Below are positions 1-14,147 of a stretch of 64,000 nt of DNA, in pieces. The stretch's first letter is position 1. Every line of letters starts with the position of its first letter. A program made the position numbers and the translations under genes. A model generated the notes under the pieces. That model saw nothing but the letters and a program-made list of their open reading frames with translations. It had not been told where the DNA came from and did not search any database. Location: positions 44,867,195 through 44,931,194 of the forward strand of contig CM074513.1 in NCBI GenBank assembly GCA_037379345.1. Reading direction: 5' to 3'. Source of the stretch: Perna viridis. Its lineage: Eukaryota.

Positions 1-819
1 CACGTGTTTATGGCAGAACAATAAACTGTAGTTTACTACGCCCTCAATAAAGAGGGAATTTTCCGGAAACAGGATGAAAACTGTTCCACTATTCATTAAG
101 TAACACATTCTTTTAGTCCTTTATGTAAGATCATTCCGATTCGTTACAATAAAAATGGACACAAATCAATTTTCAATAATTAAAATTTCACCTGTTAATT
201 ACTATCGGTATAGACAGTTTAAATATTCTATTGGAACCATTGGAGGCTTCACTTTGAAATGTCATGAAATCGATTTGAGGCACAAGTAGTAATGCAAACG
301 AGGGAAACGTTGAATAAGACAACACATCGAACACCAAAATTACAACAGGCATATAACAAAACGTAACACACTAAAATCCCAAAAAGTACACAAAGAAAAA
401 AAAAAACGAAAAGAACGAACCGTGAGAAACCGTAGGTGTATTAAGGTACTCCAGAAGAGTTAGCTATAGTCTTTGCTATTCATTGGGGCATGTGTTGATA
501 AGATTTTTAGTAGTTCTTTTTGACGATATTTTCCCACTTCAAGCTATTTTTCAATATGATTTATCTTCCAACCATATTTTTGCAAATATTATTAATGGAT
601 AAAACCAAAAGGTTACAACTGTACATGTATGTTTCTGTTCTTGGCAAAAATGAAAATATTGCTTAATACAGAAAACTTTACCATAGTGTCATACGACTGC
701 TCAAATACATTTAATGCTTGTTTTCCACAATCAACCGAGTCAGCTAAAATTGTTTTAAAAGCACTTATGTCTTAAAACACAAGAAAATGTCAGCGATCTA
801 ATTGACCTAGATTTTTTAA

Positions 820-2876
820 CGTTTATCACATCCTGCAAGATCAGACAACAGGACAAGTTGGTAATGAGTTGAATGACCAAGCTCCTGTCACGGTCATGTC
901 TTGTCAACCAGAAAAATGTTAAGCATCCACAAGGAGCTCGTGAGGTGTTCTCCGGCATATAAGATCAAAGGGTTTGTCCCTGAAGTTAAAACAGATTGCA
1001 TCTATGTAAAACATGCAATAAATAACGATAACCATATAAGGAGCAACTTGTGTCTTCTTCTTCGACGTCGACAGTCAATTTAATAGGATATAGTATTTCT
1101 GATTTAAAAAGGCAGCAAATCGTACAGCCTAAATAAAAAGTACACTTTTCATGACAACAGCATAAAACTTAAAATTATCCACCCACAGAACAAAAAGTGT
1201 ACTTTGAATCCGTATTTATATGGATTTGGCAGCTTTGTTCCCACTAGTTATAATGTAGTTGGACAAAAACAGTTATATTTTTCCAATTAATTCCGCCCTT
1301 TGAAAGTGGACCGAAAATTGGCCTATTTGTACTCGATATAAAACTTATAACATTACTGTCAGAGATAATTTTTGTAAGGGACGAATTACGCAAGTTCCAA
1401 CAAGTCATTGTCACACAAAATTTATCTAAGTCACATTTCAATGAAATATATTTTCGGAATGGCAACATTCTGCCAAAGTAATAAGACAAAAGATGCGCAT
1501 TTTTATGCAACGAAGTAACCGATTTTTCGAGAACTTAAAAATGAACTTAGACCTCTATAGAAGCATGATACAGTACCGTAAATGTAACAATGTTCAAAAA
1601 ACATTAATGAAACAAAACGCTTTGTGGGCTTTCAAACGCAACAAAAAGGGCATGAATGATGTTTTCCCACCTCATTTATCATTACGGTTACATGTATTTC
1701 CATTGTTTAAAATAAAACAAACACATTTTTATTATATAATATTCATGAATGAATTCTGATTAGTTCAGAAATGTTTGTCGACAAAATAGGTGAACAATTC
1801 CCTTTAGATTTAATTAAATACGTTTCAGAATTGAAGATATTAGAAATTTTCCTACCACATCTTAGTAGAGGACATTTTTAACTTTGTTATCACCTCAAAG
1901 AAAGACACCCGTGAGTTATTGCCTCGTGGTATAGCTTGACACTTTTACAAGTGTACGCAGGAGTAAAAGATTAAGTACTGCATACGTCATTTTCGAAATA
2001 TCACTGCATCTTTTTGTATCATATTGTTGCAACAACATATAAACCTGTCACAAAACCCAATAAGACTTGTCTTATTTTCTCGTCAGTGGTTAACCTTATT
2101 TTCATACGAACTTACCCTCAACCTATTTATTATGCGCATAAAAATTTCAAAATTGGCGACCAATAACCTTAGTGAAATTTCATGAATTAATGATAGATAT
2201 CAAACGTTATAAAAACAATTTATATCAAAGATATTAAATTTTGATTTTTTTCTCCGATTTATTTTCACTTAACGACCAGGACATAACAATATTTTATTTT
2301 GGTATTGAATACCTGTAACATGCCAAACTACATTTTAAATAAAATTGTTTGTAAGGTCATTTTGTTAATCTGGAAAGTAAAAACAGGAGCAAAGACATAT
2401 TGAATTGACAGTTAAAGGAGAAAATTGACTGTTGAATAAGAAAAAGAAAACAACCCGGGCTATACAGCGACTTAACAGTAGATAATATTTAAAAAAAAAA
2501 CGTCAAAATTAAATATAACAACACGCACGCACGTATACATGCATGTGCACACACTCGTGCGCGAAACAAATAATGCGCATAAGATTGGTTACTTTAATAT
2601 ATTTATCTGTTACTCATTCGTTACTCAGGTTCTTATTTGAGGACAGATTACTGCGAAGATGAAAAATTTCTGAAGGGATTTAACTCAGTCCTCAAAATCT
2701 AGCAAACTCGAGAAACACTAACTAGGTACAACGGTTATATAAGTTTATTCTGATTTTCTGTATACATAAAGGGAAACAAGAGGTCCGAGATGTTTAAAAT
2801 GCAATAGAGAGTAAGCTATGTCCATTTGACAGTTTGTACTTACCAACGCAAATTATTAAGGAAAAGAGCAAATCCA

Positions 2877-2919
<43 letters not shown>

Positions 2920-4204
2920 TTTTTTACATGTTTAACTAGTCCACTGCCTGAGCTTACAATCCGCCTTTAACAAGACCGATAGTTTGGATTTCTCAAATTT
3001 TTGATTTGAGAGTATGTTTACAGGCCTGGAAACGTTTAAATGACGCAAATAAGAAGCTGATAGTTTGGCCGATTTTAACGTTTACCAGTTCTTTATGCAT
3101 ATTTTTTGCTAGAAATGCATTTTGCATGCCTCTAGGTCTTTTAAAGTACATACAAACTACCAACAGAAACTGACACGAATATTAAATTACTCTCTCATAA
3201 AAGAGTTCCAAAATATTTATTTAGTGGTCAACAACTTTGTAAATTCTTTTAACATATTAACTGGCATGAATCACCTTCGCTCCATAAACAAATAATTTTA
3301 CTTCGTTGTTATTATTTGTGAAAATTCCTTTGTAATAAAATATGAAGTTAATCTTCAAAACATATGATTTAAGAACTGTTTTATGTTGGGTTATAGACCC
3401 TCTCGGCGCTATGAAAATTCTTATAGGTCTGCTTCTGTATCTGCGGTTATTGTCCTGTTTAAATAGAAATGAATAGGTCTTCAATGCATTTAATGAGGAC
3501 AATTTATAACGTTCATACATTCCTTCAAAGCCTTAACACATATTTTAAATCAACATTGCTGATAGGTTTCCAATGTATTAAGAATCTTCGTTCTTGAGCA
3601 CCAACAATTAACCTTCGTTTATCTTACGTCAGTATTTTAGATTATTTCAACTTCACGAATTAAAAAAATAATTCAGAAATCACAATATAATTCACCAATA
3701 TACAAAGATGAATGCAAATCTTTTATATGAAAGTTATTGTGTGATCACATGTAGACGGGATTAGGCTACCTCGTCAAAACATCTTATTTAGGAGAACGAA
3801 TCTGGTAAAGCCGAAAAAAATAGTTATTTCATACTCAGCGTAAACATCGGGAACACCCAAATGAGTTGTATACAAAATATGAATATTCACAACACATTGT
3901 GAAAAAGATCTGAGACAACCAAGATTGGCGTTTTGTTGTTTTGTGAAGGATTTGGCATCGTGATTTGGAATAGACCCTGTTGATTGTAGTTCACATAAAG
4001 CCAATAGTTTTTGTCTGAGTACAAAATAATGTTATTAAGAAAAAGAAACGTCTTGACATAATAAAACTCTTGATAATAAAACTGTTATTGTAGATACTTG
4101 TTCTATACATAACAGAATCTTCTTTCTCATATATGAACAAATATGACATGCTTCATTGGCAAAACATACAAAGCACTCTTAAACAACAAGACCCCTTCCT
4201 TGCT

Positions 4205-4240
<36 letters not shown>

Positions 4241-4830
4241 CAAAACAAAACAAAACAAAACAAAACATAAAAAAAACCCAAAAAACAATAATGCCGATAA
4301 ATGAAAAAAGGACAATAAAAAAGGTAAATGGTCATTTTTGTCAAGACGGCAATTTAACAAATCTGCATTTATTAATAGCGCATTTCTTTAAAGTTGAAAT
4401 TGTTAAAGCGAGCGGAGTGAAACATACGTGAAATGTTAATTTGTATAATAAACTGAATAAAGTGGAAATATACAACATGCAAATATAACATGTGTAATGG
4501 AAAGAAAATTATTATTGCATGACCAAACTATAAAATAAATATGAAAAATCTTCAAAAATTATAATACAAGTAGTATAATACTTTTTTCAACACCATCAAC
4601 AATATTTTACGAGAAGGGAGATAAACAGCGCTCTATTAAGAACTAAGATGATACAGTTAAATGTAACGTTTAGTTGCAACAACATTATTTGCATATATAA
4701 TTGAACGACAAACAATTATATTCATCACTTAAAACCGAAGAAAGGTCATTATTACGTTCTACCCACATTGCGATGTGCATATGATTCTTTGGGGTCAACG
4801 TCCTGTCAACCATTCCCCGTTACACTCAGT
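820..4830 (-). pseudogene. Possible heavily decayed LDL-receptor class B (YWTD)/EGF-type gene relic
   Basis: Scattered minus-strand reads: YWLYVNYNQQGLFQITMPNPSQNNKTPILVVSDL (3891-4014, AG/GT flanked), LYRVQIGQFSVHFQRAELIGK/NITVFV (about 1260-1345), CGCLT/FLVDKT* (about 895-935). Confidence 0.2.
4203..4290. repeat. (CAAAA)n microsatellite
   Basis: Direct reading. Confidence 0.9.
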
Positions 4831-4904
4831 AACGATTTTTATTAGTTATATCGTTCTGTAAGCATAAATACCAATACCGAAGTATGAAACGAGTGTAAAT
4901 CTTT

Positions 4905-5205
4905 TGACAAAACCATGTCGGAAACACCAACTGAGTAGCAGACAAACTCATGCCTGGAACACAAAGTGAGTTACAGACACAGCCTTGTCGCAAATAACAA
5001 GTGGGTTACAGATACAACCATGCCGAGAACGCCTAGTGATTTACAGACAAACTCATGCCGTTAACACTTAGTGAGTGAAAGACAAAACTATGCAGGGAAC
5101 GCCCAAGTGAGTTATAAACTAATACATGCAGGTAACATCAAGCGAGTTACAGAGACACAACCATGTCGGGAACACCTAGTGTTTAAAGACAAATACACGC
5201 CAGGG
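4905..5205. repeat. Degenerate ~40-bp minisatellite, block 1
   Basis: Recurrent GTGAGTTACAGACAAAACCATGC..GGAACAC units. Confidence 0.85.
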
Positions 5206-5464
5206 ATATGTCTGAACGATAAAAAGTAAAGAACCGAACAAACTTTATTTATATCAACCAATAATAGACTTGCTACAAGTCTCTCTGTAATATATATTTT
5301 ATTTGATTAAATATCATTACTATCAAATATTCATTCACTATCCAATTGCTGTACAAAAACCAATAATTGTTGGATAAGATAAAAACTAAATTGAAAAAAA
5401 TACCAGTTTCTTCTCCCGCAATTCTTGGACTGTATGCAACTTCAGTTTAATACATGTTCAAATA

Positions 5465-5780
5465 AGTAACAGACAAAACCATGTCACGAAAACCAAGTGA
5501 GTTACAGACAAAACATGCCAGGAACTCCAAGTGAGTTGCTGACAAAACATGCCGTGAACACATTGTGAGTTGCAGACAAAATCATGCAGGGATCCCCTAG
5601 TTAGTTACAGACAAAACCACCCTGGGAACACATAGTGAGTTACAGACAAAACATGCCTGGAACACATAGTTGAGTTGCAGACAAAACATGCTGGTAACAC
5701 TTAGTGAGTTACAGACAAAACCATGCAGGGATCAGTTAGTGAGTTACAGACAAAACCATCCTGGGAACACCAACATGAGT
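5465..5780. repeat. Degenerate ~40-bp minisatellite, block 2 (same family as block 1)
   Basis: Recurrent GTGAGTTACAGACAAAA(C)CATGC..GG units. Confidence 0.88.
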
Positions 5781-8700
5781 GTTTAGGCAATAAGCAATTT
5801 AAATGTAACTATGCAAGAAACGATAGTTGACAATAAATAAATGCGCATTTTGTCAATTTTGAGATGAAGGTCAAGATAAGTGATTTTTGTTTTATCTCAA
5901 GCTCTTTTGGGTAATTTAACTTTCCTTTTAGAGGGTTTGGAGCACTTTTTGGATGAAGTTTGCCTCATTTAAGTAAGAAAAAATGGCAAGCAGCGATACA
6001 CAACGGGTGCCAACAGTCTGTTGAAACACTCATTTGCAAAATTATAAATACAATGCAAATCAAAAAGTTTAACATAGTAATGAATTTTATTATCTTTATA
6101 TTTGTTGTTAGATTTTGAGTTATTACTAACGAAGTATGATTTGTGACAGCCTATTACTAGGAACGTATATTTACACCATATCAGAGATTTTTTTTACGAA
6201 GACAACGTATGAAGCTACATACAGATTCCAATTACAAGGGCAGTTGGCTTTTAAAATAAAGTTTGAGAGTATATACTTATTTATAACAAATAGATGTTGT
6301 AAATTTAAATTTCTGGTATATCCTAAATATCTATAGTAAACTAAAAATAAACATGATATCCTTTTACAGCAAGTTGAAATAGATCAGCTCCAATTTCAAT
6401 AAAAATTTGGATATCAAATTGGATAACATTGTTCATTTTATTTAAATATTCATAAACCAAAACCATTTTGAGTTTCTATTATGTAATGGAACTAACTGTT
6501 AAATCTTCTTTAAAAACAAGAATTCGATGCGTACATTTTTTATCTGATTTCTATGAGGAATGACTGTTTATTTTTTTAGTTTATGAAGAAATAACCTCAA
6601 TCACGTGGTACACACTAAACAACTTGCGTAGCAAGTTATTTTCAAGTGTGTATAGTCTATTCAGTCTATGAGATGATGGACAAAACTTTTAATCCAATCA
6701 GAAAGTGTGTTACTTCTTAAATTACATTATTTCTAGGTAAAGTAGAGCTGAAGGTATTGTTAAAGTTCATGATTACACTTTTGCAAAATGGCTATGTTTT
6801 AAACTTGCAATTCCTTTAAGTGGGGACAACACTGAGGTCTTTATTCGCTCCCGAAGGGAGTGTAAATGGCTGAATTATCAACTGGGTACTGCATACTTAT
6901 GGACAGAAAAGGCATCAATATCCGGTTTGTGCATGTGAAATCAGGAGCATAAAACAGTATATCATTAACTTATACTTGGTAAATGCGATTGAAGACCACA
7001 TCAGTCTAGGAAACATAAACTAGCTTCAATCATTAAATACAAATTAAATCTGAGCTTTTTCTAAGACGGAGATGGTCAAAACATGGCACCCGAATGTTAA
7101 GGTACCAGTATCGCATTGCATATCCCTGAGCGGATGTACGTCAAAATATGGATGGTATAAAAATATAGTGCATTTTCGTTTGCCTCTCTACAAACTAATA
7201 TTTTGTCAAAAGGTATGAATAATGACTTATAAAATAGAGCAACCATCACACTGTAAGATGAAAAACTTTTTAAAAGAAAATCTAACATAATAACATAAAA
7301 ATGTTCCACTGAAAAGGTTGGTTTGATGAGTGCAAAATGAAAAAGAAAGTAGAGAAAATGACTATTTAGGTGTAATACCACTATTTCGGAAACCAGTCGC
7401 CTGAACATACAAGAAAGAAGTTCGTAATGACACGAAGTAGTCCCAATATTGCACCTTATCATTCTCCGTGTTTAGTAGATGTATACAAACTTGGTGTCAT
7501 ATAAAAACTTCATTTTCTTTATTCAGAGTAGGGTAAAACAATTCTGAACAAAAACTCTAGGCCCCTTGATATGGCTAAATTTCAAAACGAAAGTAGTGAT
7601 TTCTGCACCTGTCCTTTCACTTTACCGTTCTTTCGTAGAAGGCACATACGGTATATTGATATTTTTATGAGAGTTAAGGTGAAGAGTGACCATCATAATG
7701 ATACCCATCTAGCACCATCAGTACTAATGTAAAACAAATTTTGAGCCTTATAAAAAGCCGAATTTAACATAGAAAGTAATGGAGACCAGAAATAATGGTA
7801 TGACACCTATCAAAGTTCAATACTACTTTTCTGTCCGATCTTTGCGGGAAATTATTATTTCACATATCCTTAGAAATGCTGCATAAGTGAATGTTTTATT
7901 GAATCAATTTACATATTTTTTAAAAAATCCTAAAAATATGCACTTCACTATAGAAGTCTATGGAAAAGTTAATACGATACTGAGACCTTTACGAAAATGA
8001 CGAAATTCATACCGGACAATTCGACCCGAAGACATTTAGGACCAAGACCACCCACAGTTCCTTACCAAAGCTAGACATTTCGGTCCATACATATTTCAGA
8101 CCATGACAATAGGAGAATGCATAAGGCAATAAAAACCGAATATCATGACACATTGTACTAATTTGGAAGTTAACAATAACAGGGATGACAAAAATTATGA
8201 AAGGACTTAAGTGTTTGAATTCTTATGTTCCTTGGCGAGCATTTAAGGTTTCACTCTCCTCATATTATAAAACAATTATGCTTTTTTTGTTGAAAAAGTC
8301 CTTGTAAGATGTATCAGTAAATCAGTTTGTTCTATTCCATTGATTTCCTGTGAAAATATATTTGAGATGCCCAAAAATACCGGTGGCCTTAGTGAGCTGT
8401 ATTAACTAAATGATGAGTGAACATCTCTCAATTATACTGCACACAGTCTTACTTTTAATACATTAACATTTGTAGAAATTTTGCATATGCATCTAATTCT
8501 AGTTTCAACAAACAGTTCAATAAAATACCTCATATAAGCTTTTGCTGACCCAATATAAATATCTTAATTTAGTAAAAAAATGTAATCCAATCAGAAACAA
8601 GTAAATCACTTGAATGTAGAGTAAAAGCTACGCTAACACAGTGGTGGGTGGAATAATTTAGAGGTTAGGGTCATCTTCAAATATAAAAGATCACACAAGG

Positions 8701-8829
8701 AAGTATGCCACATTGAATAATATTTGGCCGATTTCAACCTATAGAGTTATTTAAACAAAACAGTAGCCTACCTAGATTTGTATTGAAATTGCAACTGGTC
8801 TATTTCGACTTGCTGTAATATAATAAAAC

Positions 8830-9008
8830 AATAATAGGATAATTAAATGGAAAGAGTTAATAACCAAAAAAATTATCACGAGTGCCGAAGAACGTCTAGA
8901 TTTAACGAGTGTGCGAAACTTGTTCCGCGCACGAATTAAATCCTCAAGCGTTCTTGCCTGATAATACTTTGGTTATTCACGATAACCAATTGATTATCCT
9001 ATTTATTA
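8830..9008. mobile_element. Palindromic (foldback) non-autonomous element, Crypton-like or MITE
   Basis: Nested inverted arms: ATAGGATAAT/ATTATCCTAT, AATAACCAAA/TTTGGTTATT, ATTATCA/TGATAAT, AAGAACG/CGTTCTT, GATTTAA/TTAAATC. Confidence 0.5.
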
Positions 9009-9711
9009 TATATTTTTTTCATAATTTATCGATATTTTCAATAAAAATTTTAAATTCTGTGATTGAAACAAAGTTGTGACGTTTTGGCGGGAGAAAACGC
9101 GAGAGTAAAATTACCGAATTTATTTCACAGTGTGAATTATCGAAATTTATTACACTGAGAACATTCGATAAAACACTGCTATCTATATAATGAAGTTGCT
9201 TTAACTGTGTTTTTTTCTCTCAATGTTTTAACCATTTTTATGACATGGTCGTTAAGAAAGACACTTTCATGGACTAAAATTGTTTGAATTCTACCCAGCT
9301 ATATATAGTACTTATGAAACAATATAATTTATAATTGTATTTGTAGTGTTACTTTATTGTCAGGGTAAATATTACAAAAAACTCTGAAAAAAAAAACAGT
9401 GAGAGTATTGATGATTACTACTTGTCTTTATTTATCCATATTTTCCACGTATTAAAAAAAAGGTTTAGGCACAACGAATAAAAAAAAATCGATCTTATAA
9501 ACTTAACGCTTGAGGTCCAAACAACTGGGAGAAATAGAGATTCCTAGAATGAGAATATCATTATGTTTTTGTCTTATACTTATAGAGAATATTATTTTAG
9601 GGACATGTTTCGTTCAGGTAAACTATATTTGCCAACATGTGGTTATTATATCCCTTATTCAATATGAATCCCTATAACTCTTGGGTTGTCACTGTTACCC
9701 TTGTACATTGT

Positions 9712-9750
9712 CACACACACCCACACCCACACCCACACACACACACACAC
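9712..9750. repeat. (CA)n microsatellite
   Basis: Direct reading. Confidence 0.85.
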
Positions 9751-9846
9751 AAAGAATAAGTACAAAACAAAAAACAAACAACATTTCCTCAGTAGTCATT
9801 ATTTTTGTTACATTGGCATTACCAATTGTAACTGTAAATATATTTA

Positions 9847-11045
9847 TTTAAGTTGATGCTTCCAGATATTATGGATGAATCCGGGTGGCTCATATAAGTT
9901 GATTTTTCCAGATATTATGGAGGAATCCGGGTTGCTCACTTAAGTCGATTCTTCCAGATATTATGGAGGAATCCGGGATGCTCATATAAGTCGATTCTTC
10001 CAGATATTATGGAGGAATCCGGGTTGCTCATATAAGTCGATTCTTCCAGATATTATGGAGGAATCCGGGATGCTCATATAAGTCGATTCTTCCAGATATT
10101 ATGGAGGAATCCGGGATGCTCATTTAAGTCCATGCTTCCAGATATTATGGAGGAATCCGGGATGCTCATTTAAGTCCATGCTTCCAGATATTATGGAGGA
10201 ATCCGGGTTGCTCATATAAGTCGATTCTTCCAGATATTATGGAGGAATCCGGGATGCTCATATAAGTCGATTCTTCCAGATATTATGGAGGAATCCGGGA
10301 TGCTCATATAAGTCGATTCTTCCAGATATTATGGAGGAATCCGGGATGCTCATATAAGTCGATTCTTCCAGATATTATGGAGGAATCCGGGTTGCTCATA
10401 TAAGTCGATTTTTCCAGATATTATGGAGGAATCCGGGATGCTCATATAAGTCCATGCTTCCAGATATTATGGAGGAATCCGGGTTGCTCATGTAAGTCGA
10501 TTCTTCCAGATATTATGGAGGAATCTGGGTTGCTCATTTAAGTCCATGCTTCCAGATATTATGGAGGAATCCGAGATGCTCATATAAGTCGATTCTTCCA
10601 GATATTATGGAGGAATCCGGGTTGCTCATATAAGTCGATTCTTCCAGATATTATGGAGGAATCCGGGTTGCTCATTTAAGTCCATGCTTCCAGATATTAT
10701 GGAGGAATCCGGGTGGCTCATTCAGGTCCATGTTTCCAGATATTATGGAGGAATCCGGGTTGCTCATATAAGTCGATTCTTCCAGATATTATGGAGGAAT
10801 CCGGGATGCTCATATAAGTCGATTCTTCCAGATATTATGGAGGAATCCGGGTTGCTCATATAAGTCGATTCTTCCAGATATTATGGAGGAATCCGGGATG
10901 CTCATATAAGTCCATGCTTCCAGATATTATGGAGGAATCCGGGTTGCTCATATAAGTCGATTCTTCCAGATATTATGGAGGAATCCGGGTTGCTCATTCA
11001 GGTCCATGTTTCCAGATATTATGGAGGAATCCGGGTGGCTCATTT
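9847..11045. repeat. 46-bp tandem array, 26 copies
   Basis: Unit CTTCCAGATATTATGGAGGAATCCGGG(T/A)TGCTCATATAAGTCGATT. TTCCAG recurs every 46 bp from 9860 to 11010. Confidence 0.97.
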
Positions 11046-11624
11046 ATTTTTTTCATAGATATGTTATTTATGTTTTTTCATTGTTTCGTCTTTGATACTT
11101 GGGTTACGATACCTGGATGTCACTTTTACAGTGGTTATCCAAAATTTTATTTTATTGTGCCGTGATTAGTACAAACATCTTGAGTCATATCTTTTAGACA
11201 AGATGTCATCACTAGGAAAAAAATGCACGACGTATAGCGAATCATCAGAGAAATGAACGTAGTCTTTAGATGGTTGCACGATTGGTCATCTTAATGTTGA
11301 TGATTGCCCACTGGAATTGAGAAAAGAACATAGACTATTAATAAAAACGATATAGACATGTCAGTATTGTAATGCTATTATTGGTTCGGTCAAATGACAT
11401 GTAAAAATACGTGTTACCTAAACAAGAAAACACTATTTACTGTGTGATTTATACTGAAATTGTACTTATTAAAACGACCGAAGGCTGTATAAAAAAAGAG
11501 TCATGTACAAACATGTGGTTCGCGGTCTATACGTCAAGACATACTAGCGTGTATAGAACTATCATTATTTTGAGGCTATGCACGACTTAACAAAATTCTA
11601 TAGCGTTGATGAAAATATTTAATT

Positions 11625-11955
11625 TAAAGGGCGATAACTCAGCCTGAAACAATTGTAACTTATCTAGGTATAGCTATTTATTTATATGATGTCAAGGGAA
11701 TATATTTTAGGATGTGAAGAAAATCAGGACAAATTACATTTTAATCATAATGTAGAAATTCAGTGGCCATAACTGAGCCAAAATCATCCGATCGGAACTA
11801 AAATGAAACTTTAAGTCATCTACTTACAGCTATATATCAACATTCAGGTCAATATTTATTAAACACATGAAAATCGTCTGGAAATCTACATGACGGGATA
11901 GACAGACAGTACCTAAAACTATAGATCCCTTTGGGTTTTGTTGGCTGGGACTAAT
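11625..11955 (+). mobile_element. Degenerate HINE/pearl-like non-autonomous element fragment
   Basis: AAAGGGCGATAACTC and GGCCATAACT core repeats, GACAGACAG microsatellite, terminal ...CTATAGATCCC...GGGACTAA. Confidence 0.45.
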
Positions 11956-13369
11956 GACCAGGAAATGAAACCGATGTTGAAAATAATATTTGAACTAATA
12001 AGTTCATTAAGACATTAAAACCCTTACATTCGAATTATACATTAGGAGAACAGATACAGTAATAATGTAGTATACGGATAGTTATTTCTTGAATACTTAC
12101 CCATAAAATTACTTCTCTTGCAACTTCACATCAAGTATGCAACTCCACATACTCATGTTCTATGAAATATTAATACCTCATTCTTATTTCATTTCATTCT
12201 CGGAATAAAAAAAATCACACTTCAAATAAGAATGTAGAAAATAAACTGGATTTGTTCAATGTGTGTTATAAATATCATATTGTGAAACAATATCAATCAT
12301 ATCCACATAACGATATCAAATAATTCATTCATTCATTCAACTATAGTAATTCATTCTTTCTGTTTTTTTTTATTCTTTAATGTTTTACCTAAAAAAAATT
12401 ACAATTATAAAGTTTACAACTTAACACGCAATTGTCTATGAAAATACTTAGTGAACAATTCACATTTTAAGCTGAAATGAATTCCGAAAGCCAAACTATT
12501 TGGAAAACTTTATTATGAATGCAGAAGCCAAAGCAATGGTGATATATAAGTATCATTGAACATTGTTCTTAGCTGAAGTACTTCAAGGAGCTATCGAAAC
12601 TTTCATTTCCGATAAATGACTGCTCACTTAATTTCTTATCTATTTTAAGTCACAAGTGTGATGCACAACAAAAGCATTCATGAATCTGAAAATAGACATC
12701 AAAGCATTTATAAATAGTTATTCTTTATCTAATTGAAAACACGGAAATCAATGATGATACACGCATTGGAAATGCGTACGTCATATGTTTTTATCAAGTT
12801 GCATACGTCACAGGTGTTAATACATCACGATAACAATCAACCAAGACAACAATAATGTTACACAATAACCTATAAGGACATCAGTATATATTGTTTACGT
12901 TTTGTTCTTAGAATATATTAGTTATAGAATTGTATCAACTGCATGCATTAAAAAAAGATGTGTTTAAAAAGTAAAAAAAAAGAAGTATGTGAACAAAACG
13001 TTATGTAGTATAGTTTTCAGCCTGGTAAACAAAACAGCAAAAGATTCACCATGTTGTTTAAATCTTAAATAATACGACAATAAGACAGTAAGGATGAATT
13101 AAATAGGTAAATAAGTGCACCATGGTTGATTGTCAATGCTGATATATTTATCGCATTTAGTAAGATATATTAATAAAGAAATGGGAAATCTTAAAGATTC
13201 TGAACACTGCAAACACAACAATTGCTTATTTATTTAGAAAATAAATCATAACAAACAGGCTTAATAGTTGATTCTTTATAGTTATTTTATTCTAACACTA
13301 CTGATAGTTAATGTTTAACTTGAGAAAATATATCAACAAATATGTATATATGAATATAAACACATAAGA

Positions 13370-14147
13370 AACTAGAAATCATTGAGATGGAATCCATCTC
13401 TGTGGATCCTGCTATGGAAATTAAGCCATACATATGAATGTAATTTAGGTGATCAACCCACACCTCAAATATCAAAAGCCCACATCAAAAGACAATAAAG
13501 TTACAGCTTGGACAACAGTTTGTCAACGAAAAAAAAACAGGAATTTGACCTTGAGGTCAAAGTTGAAGGTCACAAACCACTGTCCATGGGACGCGACACA
13601 TTATGTTTAGGCGATCAATCCATATGCCCAATATCAAAAGCCAACATCAAAAGACAAACAAGGTCAAAGTTCAAGGCCATAGGCCCAAAGCAATAATACG
13701 CGACACATTATCGTTACGTGATCTACCCACATGTCAAATATCAAATGCTCTCATCGAAAGACAAAAAACTTACAGCCCGGACACGAGTTTGTCACTGACA
13801 AAAATTGGACCTTGTCAAAGTTTAAGGCCACAGGTCAATATCCATGGTACCAACACACCATCTTCCGGTGCACTAAGTACATGTTAAATATCAAAAGCTC
13901 ACTTTAAAAGACCAAAATGTTACAGCCCGGACACGACTTTGTCAGTGAAAAACAGGAATTTGACCTTGGTCCAAAGTTCAAGGTCATAGGCCAATATCAG
14001 TGTACCTACCTACCTACATGCAAAATATCAAAAGCTTACATCGAAAGACAAAAATGCTACAGCCCGGAAATGACTTGTAATGGATGGACGGACGGACAGA
14101 GTGACCACTATCGCACATCCGCCACTTTTAGTGGCGGGCCCTAACAA
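13370..14147 (+). mobile_element. HINE/pearl (CvA-type, Helentron-associated) non-autonomous element
   Basis: 5' AACTAG plus palindrome GAGATGGAATCCATCTC, about 5 tandem cores of roughly 150 bp (ATATCAAAAGC...TTACAGCCCGGAC...TTTGACCTTG), (GGAC)n at 14081-14099, 3' hairpin CCGCCACT-TTT-AGTGGCGG. Confidence 0.75.

Noticed and set aside
9847-11045. CRISPR-like array (regular repeats with a hairpin)
   Set aside because: No unique spacers, the inter-hairpin sequence is itself repeated, no cas genes, and the context is eukaryotic.
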